A stretch of 63,783 nt of DNA, filler included, from Phoronis australis (Eukaryota; Animalia; Phoronida): NCBI GenBank assembly GCA_002633005.1. It is 16 parts of 16 records of this genome, joined end to end, with 100 filler letters (N's around TTAATTAATTAA, not from the genome) between each part and the next. Parts side by side here need not be neighbours in the genome. Positions count along the whole stretch, not along the records: positions 13,843 to 20,316 come from NMRA01001552.1; positions 20,417 to 23,012 come from NMRA01001341.1; positions 23,113 to 24,849 come from NMRA01001458.1; positions 24,950 to 33,078 come from NMRA01001932.1; 12 more parts are not named here. One strand, 5' to 3'. Below, in pieces: positions 13,916 to 25,954 of the stretch. Each line of letters begins with the position of its first letter. Positions within the stretch are counted from its first letter, which is position 1. The notes beneath the pieces are model-generated. The model did not search any database. It worked only from the letters and a program-made list of their open reading frames with translations, and was not told where the DNA came from. Both the position numbers and the translations under genes were made by a program.

Positions 13916-15074
13916 CACATTACCTGGGCCGCACGGCGATACCCGAGGTGCGTGGGAATGACGGAACGGGTAGGGCGAAACTGACAGGGTTCCAACCGGT
14001 GTTTTCAGTCCCCCATTCAAATAAGCATGTTTATGCATACGTTGATGACGTGAAGTTTTTTCAAGTTGACTGACGGGCCGGGCGTGCATCGTCAATCAAA
14101 CCACCGGACGGTGACAGTTGGTGCGAAGTTGGCTTTCGTACGCTGTAAAACGCATAACTCGCAATTAAACGCACGCGCCAAGTTATGGAGCGATCGCCAA
14201 ATTGCGGAATGAACGAAAAATACCCACGACAGAAAATACATGTAGTTACCATCCGGCATTTCCCACAGAAATGCCATTGGTCGAGGGCCTCATTCAGTTC
14301 TGTTTAGCTTGTGATGAATGATCACGCGCAGCTACTGGTACCACTAACTACAATGACAACTAAGTTAGCAATAATTTTGAATTTGCTTCTGATTAGAAGC
14401 TCTTCACGTAATCATAGGGCAGGCGCCGTACCCGGCCAACTTCGCAGGAGTCAGGTGTTTGCGTACATGACAGGATCGTGCAAACGATTAGAGGAGGTTT
14501 TATATTATTCATCGGCATTAAACACGCGTGGTGGCTCCACCGTAGGGAAACAAGGGAGTCTAGAAGTAAATACCTATACATGTATAGCAGCGAAAGAGAT
14601 CTCAAAAAGTAGCTCGGTGTGAATGCTTTAAAATCGACCAAGAAACAAAACTGCTGAAAAGAGGTTTGTTATCTGATATTACTTGCTAGCATAGTATGGT
14701 AAAGTGAAGGCATTTTCAATATTTTTGGAATTGAAAGTGTTCGACAAGAGAAATGCATGTATGTTGTTCTTCATCGAGTGTCCACTTCGATTGTGGATTG
14801 GTGGATTGACATGCATGCGTGTACACGCCGTTGGTAAGTTCAATATAGGCATCCTTCCTTCGTTGTTCAAAAACCACACATGTGTTTTCTTGCACTGAGA
14901 AAACTCCAACGAACATGACTGTTCATAATTTTGAGGAAAAGTAGGTCTGTACCAAATAAAAATTTTGCTCAAGGAAGACAGACTTCTCTTTCAATAGTGT
15001 CAATTGTGCACAACCTCACACACTTTATACGAGCAGTTAACTTGGCGGAAAAGTTTTCCAAGGTTTCATGTCAC

Positions 15075-15190
15075 TATTCCGAAGGTTCGCTTCTCCACTA
15101 AAGGTCCACTACTCCGAAGGTTCACCGCTCTGAAGGTTCTCTACCTTCCAAAGTTCACTACTTCGAATGTACACAATTCCGAAATCAGAA
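15075..15190. repeat. Degenerate ~17-bp tandem repeat (CCGAAGGTTCACTACT-like)
   Basis: About six diverged units visible by eye. Confidence 0.5.
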
Positions 15191-15214
15191 CTCCAACAGT
15201 TACTTCTTGTCTTA

Positions 15215-15410
15215 AATACGAGCACAGCCCCAGAAGTCGATTTTGCATTACATCCATGTTCCCATTCAGCTTGCACACATTCACTAGTAGACCAGCTCAG
15301 AGGAGTAGGTGACACCTTTCTGCAATGCTCGATTGTCAGCCAGTGAAGCCAGGATTCGAACCCAGGTTTCCCAAACAGGAGTTAGGACCACAAACCCGAC
15401 CGAGCCAGAC
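15215..15410 (-). mobile_element. tRNA-derived SINE
   Basis: Minus strand: A-box-like TGGCTCGGTCGG and B box GGTTCGAATCC at tRNA-like spacing, followed by a non-tRNA body; 3' limit approximate. Confidence 0.6.
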
Positions 15411-15892
15411 AGTTCATTACTCTAATGAGTCGGAACCTGGGAGTATATTCGATATTGGCCCTACATGTAGGTCGGAACTGACAAAAAATGTATTGTATTT
15501 ATGTCCATTAACCATTTACGGGTATGAAAAAGTTGGATAGTTCTTGATACGTTGTTTACAAATGAACTCAGTTCCAATCACTGCCAGTCGTGATTCTTGA
15601 GTCTAACTAACGACTCATTCTCAAGCAGGAACAACATCTTAGTGCGCCGCACGGGTTAGGGCTGCAGCGACCAACGGTTTTAAATTTGAGAAGACTGAAT
15701 GGGACTCTGACTTCGTGAAGACTAGCAGGGATAGGGTAGCCTACTAACTATGTTTAATTTCGACCCCGGGCCGTGTGGGCGGTTCCGGTAGGTGAGGTTG
15801 AGACGCTGCGGCTCTAAACTTTTGAATCGCCCTGTGAAATGATGCAATATTAATTAATGTATCGCTGCTTATAATGCATCAGTTTTCCTATT

Positions 15893-17735
15893 ATACATAT
15901 ACATATTTATTCAATAACTAGGCCTCCGGCCCTTGTTACAATCAAATCATCAAATACAATAAAGGTAAGTGTCAAACACTAGAAGTAAACCGAATTCTTC
16001 TTCGCTTGAATGCGAAATGAACATATTTACATGTTGACCATATAAGATCTTTTTCCTCCATAGTCATGAGTCTGTGGAATTTTGTAACATTGGGATTGTT
16101 GTAGCTCCATGCAGGCAAATATCGTTTCCTAAGGTCATCGTAGAATGGGCATTCGATAACAAAATGATATTCCGACTCGACATATGTCCTAACACAGAGA
16201 GGGCATAACCTTTCTGTTCTGCTAAGTTTCAAGTGTCTACCCTTTTCAATCATTAGTGCATGCGCTGAACATCTCAATCTCACCATATCAGATCTAACAT
16301 TTACATTGTCAATTACATCTAAATAGTTTTCAAAACATATATTTAACTTAAAAGTTCTGTAAGTTTCCAGCTTAATCGAATTGTTCAAAATATCTTGCCA
16401 TTTTTGCTGATCAATATCTTTGCATCTTTGTTTAAAAAGTGATATGAAGCTTGTCTCGGACCCTACACCCTGATTATACCATGCTTCTCCAAAACCAAAC
16501 TGAAATAACAATTTCTTAACATCATTAACCCAGCACGGTTTATTAACATTTTCCGTCATATTGTACTGCCATTCATAGCAATGATATGTAATTTTTGACT
16601 CATCGGTTTTTAATAGTTTTAACCAATATTTCATAATTCTAGGAAGTCGGTAAGCAATCAAGGAGTAACGACCCATCTCACCTCTAGCAGTCGATGAAAT
16701 TGCCGTGCTAGGCAAATTTAAAATTTCTTTACAAAATTTTGTGTGGACTATTTCAATACATTCGCAATCATTAAAACCCCAGATCTCACAGCCATAATGA
16801 AGTATCGGCAATATTTTACAATCGAATAATTTTAAACTAACTTTAACAGGGAGTGCATTAAAACCATTGACATTTTTTCTCATCAAATTCACTGCCTTAG
16901 TAGCCTGTAATGATAGAGTTTTCTGTGCGCAAGACCACGAACCTTTCGTAGTAAACATTAATCCTAGATATTTGTATGCATTTACAATATTAACAGTATT
17001 CCCATCATACGTCCATTTTTCATACGATCGTAACATTCCACCTTTTCTGAAAACAATTATCTTAGTCTTCGACATGTTAACAATCAATTTCCATTTCTGG
17101 CTATACTCATATAAAATGTTCAATTTTTTCTGCAGTCCTTTCACACTATAAGAAAATAAAACCAAATCATCAGCAAACAGCAGATGCAATAATTCAGCTG
17201 ATCCCATGGAAATTGTTTCACCTCCCCCGGATTCTAATTCTTGTTCGAGATCGTTTATAAATAAAATAAACAAAAACGGTGATAGCTGAGAGCCTTGTTT
17301 TAGACCATTATGACAATCAAAGAACTCCGTGTAGCTTCCGTTACTCATTTTCACGCACGCTTTTACTTCAGCGTACATTGCTTTTATTATCTTATACATC
17401 TTACCTTCTATGCGATTGTTTCTTAATTTAAAATACAATGCGCTTCTATATATACTGTCATAAGCTGCCTTAAAATCCACGAAAGCACAATAGAATCTAC
17501 CTTTATCTCGTGTCAAATATTTAATTATTAACGTATATAAAGCAAACATGTGATCCACCGTACTGTGTCCTTTCCTAAACGCAGCTTGAGACATACTAAT
17601 TACGTTTTCTCTTTCCGACCATTTTTGAAGTCGCTGGCACAATATTTTTTCGAATATTTTGGCCGTGACTTGCATGAGGGATATTCCTCTGAAATTTTCA
17701 GGAATTTTGGTACCGCCCTTAAATATCGGTATATA
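15893..17735 (-). mobile_element. 5'-truncated non-LTR retrotransposon, RTEX-like
   Basis: RT homology begins ~17735 (IPIFKGG..ENFRGISL); short 3' UTR, AATAAA and a TATG-type tail at ~15893-15905. Confidence 0.88.
15972..17675 (-). CDS. LINE ORF2 reverse transcriptase plus C-terminal Zn motif; endonuclease lost by truncation
   Basis: 567-aa open frame with QAAFRKGHST, FVDFKAAYDSI, GLKQGSQLSPFLF, LLFADD, YKYLG and IEKGRH..RLCPLC..ESEYHFVIEC. Confidence 0.92.
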   Translation of the reverse strand: MQVTAKIFEKILCQRLQKWSERENVISMSQAAFRKGHSTVDHMFALYTLIIKYLTRDKGRFYCAFVDFKAAYDSIYRSALYFKLRNNRIEGKMYKIIKAMYAEVKACVKMSNGSYTEFFDCHNGLKQGSQLSPFLFILFINDLEQELESGGGETISMGSAELLHLLFADDLVLFSYSVKGLQKKLNILYEYSQKWKLIVNMSKTKIIVFRKGGMLRSYEKWTYDGNTVNIVNAYKYLGLMFTTKGSWSCAQKTLSLQATKAVNLMRKNVNGFNALPVKVSLKLFDCKILPILHYGCEIWGFNDCECIEIVHTKFCKEILNLPSTAISSTARGEMGRYSLIAYRLPRIMKYWLKLLKTDESKITYHCYEWQYNMTENVNKPCWVNDVKKLLFQFGFGEAWYNQGVGSETSFISLFKQRCKDIDQQKWQDILNNSIKLETYRTFKLNICFENYLDVIDNVNVRSDMVRLRCSAHALMIEKGRHLKLSRTERLCPLCVRTYVESEYHFVIECPFYDDLRKRYLPAWSYNNPNVTKFHRLMTMEEKDLIWSTCKYVHFAFKRRRIRFTSSV

Positions 17736-18385
17736 TATTCTTCTAAAAATGCAATAAAGTACTCATTTTTTTGCGTTGGTAGGACATGCGGGCAATTTCG
17801 CATGCGCATGAAATGTTTTTGTACCCGGGCGTTGTTTTCGGTATAAGTACACCACTCGGTACATCTAAATTGAAGTATCGTTTATTTTTGCATGTGAAAG
17901 CATCGAAGTTACACGAGTCGGACATTTAGATCTATTTGTGGTAGTGAACCTTTGGAGTAGTGGGCTGCTCCCATTTCTAACAATGTAAGCAACTTAAGTA
18001 ACACCCCGTAAAAATATAACTACACTGTACATAAAAAATTCGTGAAGTCATTCTCCGACTAAATATTTCTGTCCGAGTAGGTGTAATCAGTCATTTAAGC
18101 ACGTCTAATTTGAAAGTTTGGTAGGAGGTAACGCGTGAACTTTCTGGACCAAATTACATCCGAATTTGAGTCCAATTTGCGAGCAACCGTCACGGCATCC
18201 TTATTTCTAGCATTACTACATGTAATTCCGTCACATCTCAGAAACGTAGAGTTGAGTGTCATCGTTATGTATACAGATTTTCCTTCTCCCTAATTAAGCT
18301 GCTTCAACTGACGGCCTTATTGAAACTCCACAGTGTCGACGTTTGCAAAATATCCAAAAGTCCACCGTTCAAGAAATTCGAGCCA

Positions 18386-20316
18386 TTTTTTTCACTGTGA
18401 TATATATTTATTGAAGGAAACACAGAGCATACAAAGAAATAATAACAAACCCAGAAACCGCGAAGCATTATATCTGAGTTGTAAACAATTCATAAATGAA
18501 ACTTATATACTGTACATAGAGGTATATACCATTGAGTACTATCTAAAATAAGTATTCCAATACCTAGACATGCTATTACAGATATATAAAAACAAAAATA
18601 TGTACAGATTCATGTAGGGAAATCAGATGCAACAATATTGATAAACGGTACATAAAAATTTGCTAACGTTGCTTAGGAGGAATTCGTTGAGAACAAAGTC
18701 AAGGTTAGGACTACCATTCAGTAATAATGTAACTCTAGTAGGGATATTATTACAAGAATTGAGAGCGTTCACAATTGATTGGTTACCATTGAGTGCACGA
18801 AAGAGTGAGTCTCTCAGGGATTCGATGAGGGGACATTTGAAGAAAATATGAGGATAAGATTGATGGTCACCACATTTACAGTTTGGAGAGACATTACTAA
18901 AGTTGTGCCTGAACTTGTCAGAGTTGAGGAAAAGGACACATCTTGATCTGTACAATGCTATTTCGTTATCGCGGGGAAGGGAGAATTGAGTCAAGGGTGT
19001 TGAGTTATCAAAATTATGAAAAACAGTTCTAAAATTATTTTTTATACTCGTAAAAGAGTTGCTTTCCTTAACAGAGACTGGGAGAGAATTTCAGTTGTTG
19101 ATGCACATCATGACTGTAGACCTTCTGAATGCCTGACTGAACGACGGAGGAATTGCATATAGGGTGGAGGATCTCAAATCACTACGATGGCCTTGTCTAG
19201 TGTATAGATCAAATATTTTTTTGACAGACACGTTGTTGACATTGTTTATTACCTTGAAAGTAAATGTGGTCATGTGAAGATTGCGTCGAGTAGACAGTTT
19301 GGGCCACTTGAGACTATTCAAAACCTTAACACTATTGGATCCCCTGTAAGCTCCGGTTATGAGTAAGGCGGCTTGATATTGTAACTTCTCCAAATGTTGG
19401 AGTGCACCCGTATTGGCAGACTGATATATAATATCACAATAATCAATGTGTGGAAGTACAAAGGACTTGAACAAAACTTCTAAATGTGTAGAATTCAGAT
19501 GACGAGAGACAAGCTTAAGTGGGTTAATTAGTTCCTGAGTTTTTTGTACGAGCTCCCGAACGTGAGGGGTGAATGAGAGTTTTTCATCTAACAGTATACC
19601 CAGATGTCTGTGCGACTGTTTTCTAGGAATGATTTCATCATTAAGTTTAAGGTCATAAGACGGGTCAACAAGGAAGACAGCATTAATAGATTTGGAGGTT
19701 TAAAATTCATTCTACATTCCTGTGACCAATAGCTTAGTTTATTTAAGTCGTGTTGAAGCTGCAAAGAACATTCAGGGCTGCTCCCTGTGAAGGGGTAAAA
19801 AAGCGCCGTGTCATCTGCATAAAGGTATGTGCTACACGACAGGTTATCAGGAAGGTCATTAATATAAACCAAGAAGAGAAGAGGGCCCAATACACTACCC
19901 TGCGGTACACCTGCGTTTACAAATCCAGGAGGGGATAATGTTGAAAGTACACCGTCGACACGAACACTGTATGTTCTTTCGGAAAGATATGAGGTGATCG
20001 TGTTTAAAAGATTACCAGTAATGACATAGGATCGAAGTTTGTGAAGTACAAGGTCGTGAGGGACACAGTCGAAAGCAGAAGCTATATCTAGAAAAATGGA
20101 CCTGACACTCTCGCCCTTCTCAAAATGTGAATGAATCTCATGTACTATTTCAACAAGTTGTGCCACGGTGCTGTTCCCACGCAAAAAAACCAAATTGACG
20201 ATGATAGATCAAGTTGTTTTGTTTGAGAAATGTAAGAATACTTTGAGCAATGATCTTCTCAAAGATTTTGGACAGGGTGTTAAGTAATGTTATTGGGCGA
20301 TAATTTGAAATTTCAG
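18386..20316 (-). mobile_element. CR1-like LINE, RT pseudogene with frameshifts, cut by the contig end
   Basis: Successive fragments NYRPITLLNTLSKIFEK, FLDIASAFDCVPH, GVPQGSVLGPLLFLVYINDL..LYADD, FKSFVLPHIDYCDIIY and CKCG..HIFFKC, then AATAAA and an A tail. Confidence 0.92.
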
Positions 20317-20416
20317 NNNNNNNNNNNNNNNNNNNNNNNNNNNNNNNNNNNNNNNNNNNNTTAATTAATTAANNNNNNNNNNNNNNNNNNNNNNNNNNNN
20401 NNNNNNNNNNNNNNNN

Positions 20417-20948
20417 ACTCCAGTCACAGGAGACGTTACGATGAAGGCCTGGTTCAATGAAGGACATTATTTATCATTCAGAAACATCAGCTCTTAATTC
20501 AGGATCGTCTGTGATGACTGGGTTGACTCGCTGAGCCCGAGGCCGCTTCTCTCGCGGGAGGATCTAATTCGTAAGGCTCAAAGTAGAAAAGTACGCAGCC
20601 GGAAGCACATTAAACTTGTTCTCGCTTTCGTGCAACCCCATTTCCTCATCCTGGCCACCATTGCCGTACGTTTCTTCATAGTATTTGTTCAATTCTTGCT
20701 CATAATCGTCGTCGCTTTCAAATTCCCTGCTCTCCGCTATTGTTCAATGCTAGTCACTGATCTCTTGTGTTCAACCCATGACGTCACAAGGCGGCAAATG
20801 TGAAAATTGGCAAAATTGAAAGAAAAATCAAAATTTCGAGCTAATTACACAAAATAAACATGGGTCTAGCTAAATTTTACGTCATATATTTAGTCTGTGG
20901 CCACAGGTAATTCAAAATGTGCAAAAATCCATGGTGTGTACTGTTTAA
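20417..20948 (-). mobile_element. Possible Kolobok-like transposon end with a decayed accessory-gene exon (~20740-20475)
   Basis: TTAA at 20945-20948; acidic frame AESREFESDDDYEQE.., frameshift to YFEP, ending DVSE-TG where a W plus donor would be expected. Confidence 0.4.
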
Positions 20949-21287
20949 AAAGTTATTATGCGTATGAGATTGGTGACCAATTTCCTAGCATTAGGGCAGT
21001 ACATTAAATAACCAACATGGTTATCCTAGTATTCAAATGACTTCACCTATTTTTGAAAAGCAATTATTTTGATCTTTCAATTTTTTAATACATTTTTTCT
21101 CTATAACTTTAGTGAAAAGGTACTGCAAAAACACATGCTTCATTTTGTTACTGAACAAACTGCAAAATTTGTCGCATTCACTACAATGGGATATCTTTCA
21201 CAAGGTTAATTTTTCCTTTCCAGTGCATTGTGCTCAGCCTGTACTAACTCTGTAATTCACGTATAATCCTGATATTTTTAGCCACAG

Positions 21288-23012
21288 ATATCTCTGATGC
21301 TCGACCTGATGTTGTGCTTCTTCACGGAGGGACGAACAACGTCGCAGCCAATCACCACTTGGGCACCTTGAGGGAGGAGCACCGACGATGGGTGGAGGTG
21401 ACACGGCAGATGTTCGATGGTCCTATTGTTCTGTCTGCCATACTTCCTTGTTGGGATAGGTATTACACAGAAAGCTTACTTTGCCTGAATTATTGCAAGC
21501 GATACCGTGAAGAGGGCACATCCCAAAAATCTTAATAATGGACTCCGAAAATACACTCCGTAATGGAGTGTTTTGGCTCAGTTAAAATTTAAGACTAACA
21601 GAACACTCGCTTCAGGTTTGAACCTGAGATGTAAATACACAATCTCATTACGAATAAATTTTCTTAATTGGAAAACTACTTGATAAACAAAATTTGTTGA
21701 CACAAGGTATACCAGATTTAGAACCTTATTAAAATGTACCATGTTTACAGAGAACGTTAGCAGTGATATAACATTACAAACTTACAAGTTCCGGTTTTAT
21801 TACCTAATGTATGCAAGTCTAACCTGGTTGGCCATAGTGAACTGTCATTATAACATACAGATTTCATTGTTACGATGTTCCACGCCATAATGAAATAGTA
21901 ACTGAAGTGTTTACACGTTCTTCTCAGATTTGCTTCCAAGGTTGCCACCTACATCAACTACTATTTAAGACCGTTGGCAGAGAAGATGGGAACTCATTTC
22001 CTCTCTTATGACAGGCTCTTCTCTCCAGAAAAGATGAGAAGACTTCTTGCAAAGTGAGCAATCATATGTAATTCATATGTAATTTGGTTTTTATGTGTCA
22101 TAAACATTTTATTGGCCGATATGATTTATACTGTGTTCTTATCTTAAAAAATCTCTCATACCCAAGATATAGTAAAACATGCTATTTTTATAAATATGCT
22201 ATGTGTCACTGAAATGTCAATTTCTAGTTAAGGATCTGAACTTGTTTTCTAGAACTTTTCCTACTTTGAACTTGTCTTCATTTATACTGTGTTCATATCT
22301 TAAAAAATCTCTCATACCCAAGATATAGTAAAACATGCTATTTTTATAAATATGCTATGTGTCACTGAAATGTCAATTTCTAGTTAAGGATCTGAACTTG
22401 TTTTCTAGAACTTTTCCTACTTTGAACTTGTCTTTATTAATTACTTTACAGGGACTGTCTCCACCCTTCACAGGAAGGGAATTGCGAGATCATGAAATAC
22501 CTTATTAAGAAAGCATCCGATGTCATCAGGCCTGAATTGAAAATGTTCTCTGTGGATGACTTTCCGCCACTCACCGATGTGTAAGTATCTTGAAGTGCCT
22601 TAATGTATTTGGACGCTTCTTCCCCACAGGACAAACAACCAAACGTCAAAGAAAGCTTCTAAAAAGTCTTTATCAAACACATATTTATACCTATGGCTCT
22701 ATCTGTTGTTCTTTAAGTTAATACTTGTTTAAATAGTGCAACAATTAATGGACTTGAACCGCAATGCCGGAGTGTATCATCCCACCCCATCAAGACGAAT
22801 ACAGTAATTCTTGCATTTTTAAGCTGATCATGCTCACAGATATAGACCTGCAATTAAGCCACTTCATGAATGGAAAGCAAAACTCATTAATTAATTGTTT
22901 TGCACTTCTGTGATGACTTAAACCTTACAATTTCAGTGTCTTGAGTGACACACCTGGTGGAACTGGTTACAGAGACGCTGTTAATCAACCTTCGCTGCCT
23001 AAGCCATCGCCA
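21288..23012 (+). CDS. Intron-containing SGNH/GDSL hydrolase-domain gene, partial
   Basis: Exons 21288-21459, 21928-22053, 22452-22580 and 22937-contig end join in frame through three phase-2 GT-AG introns: PDVVLLHGGTNN (block III), IVLSAILP, DCLHPSQEG (block V DxxH). Confidence 0.78.
22124..22434. repeat. Near-perfect 156-bp tandem duplication inside an SGNH-gene intron
   Basis: ATTTATACTGTGTT...GAACTTGTCTT starts at 22124 and at 22280. Confidence 0.9.
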
Positions 23013-23112
23013 NNNNNNNNNNNNNNNNNNNNNNNNNNNNNNNNNNNNNNNNNNNNTTAATTAATTAANNNNNNNNNNNNNNNNNNNNNNNNNNNNNNNN
23101 NNNNNNNNNNNN

Positions 23113-24060
23113 CCGTTTCCGTCGTCTGCTCCACTGTACAATGAAGAAAATTTACTTCATTTTTTAAAGAAAATGGAACCTGAGAGGCGATGAAAAAACA
23201 GAAGCTGCTGGTAAGATGTGAATTTTAATCGAAGCCTTAGTGAATCACTCAGAAACTCGCACTACTCTCTTTGTGAAACCTTATCTTAAGACGGTTTCCA
23301 AAGCAATCCCGTCATTATTGCCAACACGAAAATGGATTTGGTCTTTTGGGCATTTGAAGACTATTTAAAATACGACAAATTTGTTAAAAATTGATGGCAC
23401 AAAATATAAAACGTGTAATAAGCATTACAAAAAGAAGTAGGTTAGGCGCTTAAACGCTGTGGCCCATAAACAAGTAAGTCTTTTAGTGTGGAAGTTGTAG
23501 TTAAAACGTGGTGGTGTAGTGGTAACGTACGCGCGGTCAACCCTCTAGGTCGTGAGTTCGAGTCTTCGACACTTGCATTTTTTTCCTGTTTGACACGATC
23601 TCTGTGTTTTTTTTTTGCCTTTTTTTCTTGGATAATATTTCAGGAATCAAGGCAAATGCTTGATTTTTAGAGGACGCAAACGCTGTGGCCCATAAACAAG
23701 TACATGTAAGTCTTTTAGTATGTGAGTTGTAGTTAAATCGTGGTGGTGTAATGGTAACGTACGCGCACTCAACCCGCTAGGTCGTGAGTTCGAGTCTTCG
23801 ACACTTGCATTTTTTTCCTGTTTGACACGTTCTCCGTGTTTTTGTTTTGCCTTTTTTTCTTGGATAATACTTCAGGAATCAAGGAAAATGCTTGATTTTT
23901 AGAGGTAAAAACAAAAAAAATTCCTGGGCGGGAGGGGGGTTTGCCGACCTCCCCCCATTCGGTGCTATGCGCATCTACAATCGTGGTTCAGTTTGCGCAA
24001 ATGCTTCCAGCCGGACAAAATGTTGGGCCCCCCCCTTGTGATATCCTAGATCCGCCACTG
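23113..24060 (+). mobile_element. CAGTGGCG-terminated non-autonomous element with a duplicated tRNA-like module
   Basis: Ends GATCCGCCACTG at 24060; homologous to 53305-53998 and 10308-11307; ~230-bp diverged internal duplication (~23451-23903). Confidence 0.8.
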
Positions 24061-24064
24061 TGGA

Positions 24065-24849
24065 ATGCCGAGGCCGGAGCGCGGCTGCTAGTCTGTCCCC
24101 TGCTTAAATGTACGAAATTTTCTAAGTTCAAAGAAAATGTGTCGATTATTGGCCATTTGTGTCGCTTTCAGAAACGTTGGGTTGAACAATTTTGCGAGTA
24201 GGCGGTATACGGGATTGTCAAGTCCGGCAACTTGCGGCGCCGAGGCCGGAGCGCTACAGGCCGGTCTGTCCCCTGCGTAAATAGGCCAAATTTTCTAAGT
24301 TCCGATAAAATGTGTCGATTATTGGCCATTTGTGTCGGTTTCAGAAACGTTGCTTTGAAAAATTTCATAAGTCCCACGAAATGTGTCGATTATTGGCCAT
24401 TTGTGTCGCTTTCTCAAAGGTGCTTTGAAAAATTAACAAAGGTAAGCATACAGCGGTGTCTATCGGCAGGCCGGGATACAGTCCCTAGTCGTGTCCCGGG
24501 TAGTCTGTGAAAACTCCCCAGACGGCGGTCTACGGGATTGTCAAGTCCGGCAACTTGCGGTGCCGAGGCCGGAGCGCAGCACTGAGGCCGATCTGTCCCC
24601 TGCCTAATTTGTGCAAAATTTTCTAAGTTCCGACAAAATGTGTCGATTATTGGCCATTTGTGTCGGTTTCAGAAACGTTGCTTTGAAAAATTTTCTAAGT
24701 TCCGATAAAATGTGTCGATTATTGGCCATTTGTGTCGGTTTCAGAAACGTTGCTTTGAAAATATAACACAGGTGAGCATACAGCGGGGTCTATCGGCAGG
24801 CCGGGATACAGTCCCTAGTCGTGTCCCGGGTAGTCTGTGAAAACTCCCC
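24065..24849. repeat. Complex satellite: ~325-330-bp higher-order unit containing 72-bp subunits
   Basis: AAATGTGTCGATTATTGGCCATTTGTGTCG occurs 5 times; long blocks recur at 24201/24524 and 24451/24781; runs into the contig end. Confidence 0.85.
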
Positions 24850-25954
24850 NNNNNNNNNNNNNNNNNNNNNNNNNNNNNNNNNNNNNNNNNNNNTTAATTA
24901 ATTAANNNNNNNNNNNNNNNNNNNNNNNNNNNNNNNNNNNNNNNNNNNNGTTATTACTTTTGATCAATGGAGCGTACCAAAATTGAATTTTTGTTTTTTT
25001 CTGGTGTGAGGTCTATACTAAGAAATTCACACGATCATGTCTGTCAGTTATTCTCAAAGCAGTTTGTTATGCCAAAAATTATAAACCTAAACTTCTGGAA
25101 AAACTCGCAGTAAATTTCTTAATAATGTCTTTGCGGACCCACGCGACTCCATCTTTTGGGAAATTATGACTGGCTGATTCCAGTAAAAATTGCCTTGCCC
25201 TCTGTTGGTCTCCTGTACAACAAGTCGAGTGGCCTTGATCATGTATATTCAGGGAGGGATTCTAGACTCACCCTCACAGCATCTCTGACAGCCTTCTAAC
25301 ATGTTTGCAAACTTTCTGTCTGGCATCCTCATGTTTGCTGTCTCAAATGAGTGTCCAGTGTCACTAATGTCTTGATGTCCTGCAGAGTTTAAGCCCCTAG
25401 CATTGGCCCTGTGATGCCGAGGCATGCAATTTCTAAGTGGTTATTTTGTATCACACATCGATGAGTCTTCATATTCCCCACCATCACACAAATGTGAAAG
25501 ACCTCTTTACTGACATCCAAAGAGAATTTTCCAAGTGTCTTGATTTTTAAATTTTTTTGCACTATATAACGCAGAATTTTTCGCACTTTTCAGTTGCCCT
25601 GAGTTTTGTTTCGAATCAGTGCTCTTGTATTTAAACAATTGCCTGTTTTGACTTGCTAATATCACGTGATCTAAAACTGTAATTTCATATATTGATATGT
25701 CATTACTGGATTACTTTGATCACTATGTTAGCAACCGGAAGGTAGGGTTGATTTATTAGCCAAGGTCACATAGTGCGAACTTGTGAACGTTTTAGCTAAC
25801 AAAATTACTGAAACTTGTCATAAACTGAAATTTACACTTTTTCAAAACCCAATCCATTTGTCACATAAGATCATAAATTGATTTAAAGGCTTTTGTAAAA
25901 CTTTCAAACTATCTGTGCTCAATACTGTTTTCAATTATTATACACTACTTACAG

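Noticed and set aside
23507-23585. Genuine tRNA gene
   Set aside because: A and B boxes are present, but I cannot fold a convincing cloverleaf and the middle differs among copies.
24065-24849. CRISPR-like ~30-bp repeats
   Set aside because: The intervening sequences also repeat, so it is a satellite.
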